Sequence record: DRR723986_6699
Reading direction: 5' to 3' (one strand)
Length of the DNA: 32,490 bases
The position numbers were made by a program, and so were the translations under genes. This document shows, piece by piece, positions 27,201-32,490 of this stretch. Under the pieces are notes generated by a model that saw only the letters and a list, made by a program, of their open reading frames with translations, did no database searches and had not been told where the DNA came from. The stretch's first letter is position 1. Each line of letters opens with the position of its first letter.

Positions 27201-28684
27201 ACCATTGCACCTGGATCAATGCTGTAAATCCGGGTAGCAGAATCTACATAGGGGGGGGCGTCGTCCGGATTCTCGTCATCACTGATGCCCCCCGCCATGG
27301 TCCAAATCACGCCTTGATGGGTTTCTAACTCATCTATTTTCCGGACAAAGATCCCTGGCGGAGTCGGCACCTGATTGAAGCCGACAAGTTGCTTCTTCGC
27401 ACCAAACTGAAAACGCTCATCAGGGCTGAGGCAGAGTAAGCCGTACTCTTCCGTCTGGGCAAACACTCGTTTCTGTTCGCCCACTAAGATCTTTACAATT
27501 CCCACATCGTCTGGCAGGTCCGCAGAGCCGGGGAAAACACTTACCCTGTGCCCTTCAATGGACTTCACGCGATGTCGTGCGCCTGCGTCGACGAAGTAGA
27601 TTACACCGGTGGTAGGACAGCACGCAACGGACGTAATCGGGTGCGACGAAACGTAATCTGCAGGGAGCAGATTGGTCTTTTGAAACATCTTGGGGGCTGA
27701 AGTAGCTGCTTGGAACTGTCGATCTTCATCGCTCCCTGTCCAGTTTATTTCAAGCTGATTTGCCCCCTCGAACAGGCCTACCTCAATTTCGTACGGGACG
27801 CGCGGAAAAGAAAGCCGCCCAAGGGCATCACTGACCGCCACCCCCATGACTTCCTTATTCGCAAGGTCTCTAACTTGCAGTTGAACGCCGGGATTAGGGG
27901 TGACTCCATTTTCGTAAGTGGCGATGCCCTTCCATGTTTCCCCACTCGCAAAACCGAAACCGAAATCACCGCCCTTATTCCTCACTTCGACCAATAGGTT
28001 CCGAGGCGTATCGGCTTTGAACGGCAGATCGAATTTCGCTACATCAATGTCGTACCATCCGTTGTTGAATTCAGCGACTTCCACTCCATCAACCCAAACC
28101 GTCGATCCATCGTCAGCACCATAGGAGAATTTTCGTACACCGTCCTCTCGTGCAACAATTCGACAGTAAGCGTAAACAGCAGAGTTCGCGCTGTCTGCCT
28201 TCTGCGCTTTGCAAAAACTGTCCAGTGCGACGTAAGCCAATTCCCGAGTGAACCCCTGCGTCCACTTGCGCCTTGTGCCGTCAGCGAAGACAACTTCTTT
28301 GCCTTCGCCAATATCTTCAAGGAATTCAGAAGGGTTGTCTGGGCGTGCGTCAACCGGCACAGGTCCAAGCAACAGCCATTGTTCAATCGCAGATGTACGG
28401 AAACGAAACGTCGGCAGTTGATCGTCAGGCTCTTCATCGCGAGCTACCGCATCCCCGTCAGCCTCCGTCTGCCGCAAAGCGCTCGCGTCCTGCGACGGGG
28501 CATCACCAGAGAAAATGACATCATCAGCCGCGTTACCGGGCTGCCTACCTGGCTGTCCCAACGCCCCAGGAGAAAAGAACAGGGCGATGCACACAGCGAA
28601 GAAACGCAACGCAAGATACTGAAAAGCAGATCTCGGGACTTCGGTGCGTACTAATTCGTTAACTTGGAGGCGTGCAAGTTTCAT
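24218..28684 (-). CDS. Hybrid sensor histidine kinase: signal peptide, PA14-like and Ig-like domains, beta-propeller, Y_Y_Y-like domain, TM, HisKA, HATPase, REC
   Basis: H-box VCHDLKNPL, N-box LRNLLDNAVKH, VEDTGAG, GLGLGL; receiver ILVVDD..VLVDLNMQGIDG; propeller motifs LLLATNRGL, AVWIGD, VLIGTKTGL; TM after LPWWRW. Start probably ATG 28684. Confidence 0.93.
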   Translation of the reverse strand: MKLARLQVNELVRTEVPRSAFQYLALRFFAVCIALFFSPGALGQPGRQPGNAADDVIFSGDAPSQDASALRQTEADGDAVARDEEPDDQLPTFRFRTSAIEQWLLLGPVPVDARPDNPSEFLEDIGEGKEVVFADGTRRKWTQGFTRELAYVALDSFCKAQKADSANSAVYAYCRIVAREDGVRKFSYGADDGSTVWVDGVEVAEFNNGWYDIDVAKFDLPFKADTPRNLLVEVRNKGGDFGFGFASGETWKGIATYENGVTPNPGVQLQVRDLANKEVMGVAVSDALGRLSFPRVPYEIEVGLFEGANQLEINWTGSDEDRQFQAATSAPKMFQKTNLLPADYVSSHPITSVACCPTTGVIYFVDAGARHRVKSIEGHRVSVFPGSADLPDDVGIVKILVGEQKRVFAQTEEYGLLCLSPDERFQFGAKKQLVGFNQVPTPPGIFVRKIDELETHQGVIWTMAGGISDDENPDDAPPYVDSATRIYSIDPGAMVAKEVVVHNGRVREFDVGDQGLIYGDAFALYHRQDLYQGEFEQQPIPVTGVQGIGYDASGRLFVLGLQALAGQDGAGEWQKVSHSPFTQLPCDLRCGGGVWVCNTQWVSRAEGGRLKVVETGEAWESSAEWGDDGLLVGTVGGRIIGVEPAAVQVVGLPEGLVLSGKTKVEIGGKGVLLSGKRMPLHMWSDGEISRLLGNESKIGVFLTDQHILRFPSMNAYDRSRINVKPVYHLYSSGEDLTRFELLTDAPYLQLESYTKLPSGKLLLATNRGLFEIGIHGSRLESHQTPERPFALTAVDILDGGAVWIGDGNGRFCKLRDSSEDRNWKALPGTTRQQVTHFGQANIDGQDVVLIGTKTGLYAYDEQEDECRLVDAPFKDRAFIQDIEMAPDSDDVMVSVRNIGVYLLREGVWAKVDLGEAVPTNMVWDIEYESEGAYWLTTSEWYARVQRREREFFCYVEVTNSSNERVAPAEGPFEVEKDTVFQAKLSVSNPFGQAGYRYRQSEGQWKYLAVSDGVLQIRPSSPGLLEVEVQAFDHDLNFSSSVYVPIDVFLPWWRWRIVRWATVLFAVGALAITIYSVQQSRRSRKARVAAERQTAQIERERRALAEQGAKERERLLLRVCHDLKNPLNVVFACTEMLGSGELAPDDAASLLTGSAESMDYLSKQLLSYSKAKRRGAAEKSYITVQTIFEELRRESLILDRGNLRELEVQVDADTPLQLYSDAQALKEILRNLLDNAVKHCPEGTITLRFVMRNDLPTFVVEDTGAGMPAAELEAIFDAFYQLANRANQRDGLGLGLAICKSLAEMLGGQLNVASKLGEGSQFSLELSQDSLIDPNVVADMPHDELGGALAPHFAPEGSKSMERDMESVGLLKSKGSILVVDDMEYVGTTVVQLLQKLGQEAEYVRPVDSVETATDAVYSIVLVDLNMQGIDGFGVAKQLRERRGDSICIVAMSENEQLIEVAKQTPMFDQTLPKTRLFEILGRSKAASF

Positions 28685-29178
28685 CGGTCGACATACGTCT
28701 CGTGGAGTTTTACGGCAACTCGCAAGTCTACATGAGAAATCTATGCCAAGCGCCCACACAACCCCCTACAGAACCGACGCTATATTCTCCACAGAGGGGA
28801 CTGAGGGCGGAAAAGTGTTGCAAATCCGGCGTGAAATCGCTCCCAGCAAACAAGTGGCGTACCTCCGCCATTCTTGACGTAGCTGCAGAATGCACCTCGT
28901 CGCATGCCGCATCCGCTAATTAGCAAAGCTGCAAACGCCCCCAAGTACGAATCAGCGCACCGTGAACGGAAAGCCAGTCAGCGTAGCGTCCGTGACCAAT
29001 CCGCAGGGTTGATCTGGAGTCTTGACCTGTAGCAATTTGCCCGAAGCGGGTTAGCTGATTGTTTCGACTTGATCCGCCGAGCGGCGACTCTTCCAACGAA
29101 AGGCTTAATGCGAAACCGCAGCGATTTTCGAAGGCTATCAGAAAAGAATTTCCCCGATGTGTGCCATCGTATTCGTTG

Positions 29179-29187
29179 TGTTATATT
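29179..29187 (+). promoter_or_regulatory. Putative extended -10 element for the right-hand sensor gene
   Basis: TGtTATATT in the AT-richer part of the divergent intergenic region, ~140 nt before ATG 29328. Confidence 0.3.
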
Positions 29188-29327
29188 CTGTTAGCCTAAC
29201 TTTGTGTCGGCCGACATCACGCCCAGACTTCGACCTGCCCCGGCCTAACTCTTGCGCGTCTGTTGCCATTCTGCGACGAACCTTTGCCACGATGCTCAGC
29301 AGCGTGCAGATTCGCTAAAGGGTTGAC

Positions 29328-32300
29328 ATGGTCACTTCCTACATCCGGGCCGCTACAGTTCCGCTGCTCACCGTAATGGTCTCGTTTTCGGTCGGCCCCC
29401 TGTCTGCAACTCGCCAAGTCGCACACGGGCAGGCCATTCCGACGTACTCATTCGACCAAGGGCCGCTCAGCGACTGGCTCCTGTTAGGGCCAATTGTTCG
29501 AGGCACTGAACCGTCAGATCCCGTTGCTGAATTAGAGAATCCGTCTGAAGGCAAGCAGGTTCGTCTATCTGAAAAGGATGTGCGGTCTTGGGTTCCCTCC
29601 AAGACCGATGCCAACGGAGCTTTGGTCTTGAGCAACCATGTGAAAGACTTCTTTCGTAGCGCCCCCGACAAACCTGAGGTTTATCAAAACGCAGACAATA
29701 AAATCTGCTACGCATACTGCAAAGTGAAAGGCAAACTGGGAACCAAACGCCAGATTCTTGTGGCCATGGACGATGGTGGACGTGCTTGGTTGGACGAGAC
29801 ACTTGTCATTGACGACGTACAGCCTGACTGGGCCAAGTTCTATGAACATCGCATTGAACTCGACTTTACTCAAGAGACCGAACAAGACCTCTTATTCGAA
29901 CTGCACAACTGGACCGGTGATTTCTCCCTGTACTGCTACGGTGGGTATTCGATCGCTGGCACAGCAACCTACCTTGACTCAGTCTCACCCGTCGCGAACT
30001 CACTTGTACAGGTCGAAATCAATGGACAGCCAATCAGGGCTATTCCAACTGATGCATCTGGAAAGTTTGCAATTCCGGCAGTTCCATTTGGCAGCGCCAC
30101 AACTGTAAAGTGCGAAGCCAATTCTTACGACATCGCCCCGTACGATCAATCGCCTCTTCCACATGAGACTGGACAAGACAAGCTGTCATTGCCTGTAACG
30201 CGTTCGACACAGTTCGAAGTCGCTGTGTCGCGAGCTCCAATTCCGCCCGCTGTCTACGAGGCTATGACCGAAACGGCCGATGGTGAATTGATTGTGGCTA
30301 AGATGGCGGACAAGTCCATTCACAGATTCAACGGACTTTCTTTCGCTATCCACCCGGATGAGCAGCTACAGAACTTCACCTCAGCAACGGTTGCCCGGAT
30401 TGCAGAAGCCCCTAGTGGCGAATTATGGATTGCAACTGATGGCGATGGATTGTTTCGTTACTCAAACGGCAGACTAGATCACTGGGGTTCTCCCGAAACT
30501 GGCGAAGAAAACTACGCGCTGAAGGTACTGGAAAACGGTGATATCCTGGCTAGCTTCCGCCTGAAACGCAAGCAACCCGAGCATGCGGTCTATCGAATTC
30601 GCAAGGGGGAATCTTCACTGGAGAAACTTCCACTACCTAAGTGCAACCCGATTTGGTCGATCGCCACTCGCGTGCACCCGGAGAACGGCTCGGAGCTACT
30701 GCTTGTGCCGCGTCTTGGAAGAATCATCGCGATGTCCAACTCGGGCTTTCGCTTCATCAGCGTACCCAATTTCGCGGAACTCTCCTCAGTTGCTCAGACG
30801 GAGGATGACACCCTTTGGTTTGCTGGTAGGGGGCTCTTCAAGCTGGACATCAATGACCAATGGGTCCATTACCATGTCGTTGAAACCGATATTGGCACGC
30901 GGCGGCGGATGGTTTACCGCGATGCCGAAGGAACGGTCTGGTACATCTCCTCGTCAGCCGTCTATGCACTGCACAATGGAATCCTTCATCGAACGGTTGT
31001 GCCGGCCAATTCACGCGTGAGTGTGCAGTCGTGTCTAACCAGCAACGGGGCCATTCTAATTGCCGAAAACAGTGGAATTGTGCATGCTATCGAACGGAGC
31101 CGAACCATGGATTACGGCCCCCGGCACGGCCTTACTACCGGACGCATTAGCTATCTTTCTCGAATGAAAGACCAGATCTACCTGTCGAACCCCGAGACAA
31201 TACCGACCCAATTCACTGAGGGTGGTTTTGTACCTGTCACGCAAAATCATGCCGGGCCGTTCCTCCAGCAGAACGGCTTACACTACCCTAAGAATCAGAT
31301 GGCCATCCATGCTCTGAGCGGCAACCGGTTGGTGTCCGCGCCAGCCTGGCACGCAACTTCCGGCACGGTGATGAACACCACGCTTCCCCCACTTTTACGA
31401 GACGAGGCTGGGACCTGGCACGAGATCGACACTTCTATCTGGGAGACTTCATCGAACGTCTATATCTTCTGCAAAGAGCTAAGTGACGGTCGAATCCTGT
31501 TGAGCACACGCGAAGGACTTGCTGAACTAAGAGACCAAAAATTGGTCGCGTCTAACTTGCTGGACGGAGACGAGGCCCTTGGCGTTGCGCTTGCTGCCCA
31601 GGAGGATACCAAAGGTCGGTTGTGGATCGTTACCTGCTCAGGAAATGTGGTTATCGTCGACGGAGACCAACGCAACTCGGTCGAATTCCCTGTGCAAACG
31701 AATTGCACCGGCACCATTATGTGCCAACATCAGGGCGATATTTGGATTGGTAACTCTGCTGGTCTTTTTCGATGCCGCTCTGATCGAGATGTAATAGAGA
31801 AAGTCAGTGGCCAACGCGGTGAGGGATTGTCTGTTGTCGGCCTCGAAACGCTTCACGGGAAACTGTGGGTCATTGATCGCCACGGCACAGTATTAGTTGC
31901 CAATGATGATCTAGAATTTGCTTCCGTTGACATATTCGGGCCGGACCGGGTCCGTGTTGTGCATTCAACCATGACAGATGAACGAGCCCGGATTTGGTTT
32001 GCAACTGATTCTGGCGTGAGGGTACTTCAGCCCAGTTTGACTGCGCCGCGTCTGTTTATCGATTCGATCAATAGCAAACCGCTGCCGCCTACTGCCGAAC
32101 TCGCTGAGCAGAGGGCTGAGTGCGATTTTCCAATCAGCTTTCGATTGGCCGCGCAGGACGACACAGATGGAACCATAGGTATTCGACATCGCGTCGCGGG
32201 AGGACCTTGGCTGTATGGTCATTCGGACATAGGCAACCTGCTCCGCCTTACCTTTGATCGCCCAGGCTCCCGCGATGTTGAGTTTCAGGCCTACGACGGT

Positions 32301-32490
32301 GAATGGAATACATCAAACATTGTCTCGGTCAAAGTGAACGCATTTCGCCCAGTGTGGAGAACACCCTCTTTTCGTTGGGCTACGGGAATCATCCTTGCAG
32401 CGATTGCCACACTAGCGGCTTACCTATTCATGCAGCTCGTATTCGCTCGACGCTCGCAAGCGCGGATCCGCGAGAGTCTGTTGGTTGAGG
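29328..32490 (+). CDS. Partial (3'-truncated) large beta-propeller membrane sensor, paralog of the divergent hybrid kinase
   Basis: Not in the ORF track. Hand translation from ATG 29328 (in-frame TAA at 29316) gives MVTSYIRAATVPLLTVMVSF..IPTYSFDQGPLSDWLLLGP..YAYC..AMDDGGRAW..IAEAPSGELWIATDGDGLFRY..EFQAYDGEWN..PVWRTPSFRWATGIILAAIATLAAYLF. Both ends are in the same frame, and the absence of any track ORF in this frame implies no stop (~1054 codons). Confidence 0.9.
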   Translation, partial: MVTSYIRAATVPLLTVMVSFSVGPLSATRQVAHGQAIPTYSFDQGPLSDWLLLGPIVRGTEPSDPVAELENPSEGKQVRLSEKDVRSWVPSKTDANGALVLSNHVKDFFRSAPDKPEVYQNADNKICYAYCKVKGKLGTKRQILVAMDDGGRAWLDETLVIDDVQPDWAKFYEHRIELDFTQETEQDLLFELHNWTGDFSLYCYGGYSIAGTATYLDSVSPVANSLVQVEINGQPIRAIPTDASGKFAIPAVPFGSATTVKCEANSYDIAPYDQSPLPHETGQDKLSLPVTRSTQFEVAVSRAPIPPAVYEAMTETADGELIVAKMADKSIHRFNGLSFAIHPDEQLQNFTSATVARIAEAPSGELWIATDGDGLFRYSNGRLDHWGSPETGEENYALKVLENGDILASFRLKRKQPEHAVYRIRKGESSLEKLPLPKCNPIWSIATRVHPENGSELLLVPRLGRIIAMSNSGFRFISVPNFAELSSVAQTEDDTLWFAGRGLFKLDINDQWVHYHVVETDIGTRRRMVYRDAEGTVWYISSSAVYALHNGILHRTVVPANSRVSVQSCLTSNGAILIAENSGIVHAIERSRTMDYGPRHGLTTGRISYLSRMKDQIYLSNPETIPTQFTEGGFVPVTQNHAGPFLQQNGLHYPKNQMAIHALSGNRLVSAPAWHATSGTVMNTTLPPLLRDEAGTWHEIDTSIWETSSNVYIFCKELSDGRILLSTREGLAELRDQKLVASNLLDGDEALGVALAAQEDTKGRLWIVTCSGNVVIVDGDQRNSVEFPVQTNCTGTIMCQHQGDIWIGNSAGLFRCRSDRDVIEKVSGQRGEGLSVVGLETLHGKLWVIDRHGTVLVANDDLEFASVDIFGPDRVRVVHSTMTDERARIWFATDSGVRVLQPSLTAPRLFIDSINSKPLPPTAELAEQRAECDFPISFRLAAQDDTDGTIGIRHRVAGGPWLYGHSDIGNLLRLTFDRPGSRDVEFQAYDGEWNTSNIVSVKVNAFRPVWRTPSFRWATGIILAAIATLAAYLFMQLVFARRSQARIRESLLVE

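Noticed and set aside
27251-27258. G8 homopolymer in the sensor kinase as a phase-variation tract
   Set aside because: Only 8 nt, the frame is intact, it is explained by Ala-Pro-Pro codons, and it is plausible by chance.
29339-32488. Short ORFs on both strands listed in the track
   Set aside because: All lie within the long open plus-strand sensor frame starting at 29328.

Overview
Gene-dense chromosomal window (~55% GC). Gene content points to a planctomycete, probably Pirellulaceae-like: a DUF1559 H-X9-DG prepilin protein, a BON protein with a Pro/Tyr/Trp-rich tail, and an NPCBM-like gene next to several HtrA genes. Left to right: (1) possibly the first 12 nt of a minus-strand tRNA at the edge; (2) an operon of a secreted NPCBM-like protein, three tandem HtrA/S1C-PDZ paralogs (only the first keeps the His-Asp-Ser triad) and a small membrane protein; (3) a 2xBON protein with a structured leader that can mask its Shine-Dalgarno site; (4) a DUF3365 c-type heme protein, a lipoprotein, an atypical SDR and a secreted amidohydrolase-DUF6265-like fusion; (5) a type IV pilus/T2SS-like locus with three GspF/PilC platform paralogs, a short GspE/PilB ATPase, three minor-pilin-like genes and a DUF1559 protein with a large acidic Tyr-Gly insertion; (6) a phosphohexomutase; (7) two head-to-head paralogous large beta-propeller sensors. 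One sensor is a complete hybrid histidine kinase; the other runs off the window end and is absent from the ORF track. No mobile element, rRNA or CRISPR array was seen. Family calls come from motifs read by eye; no searches were run.
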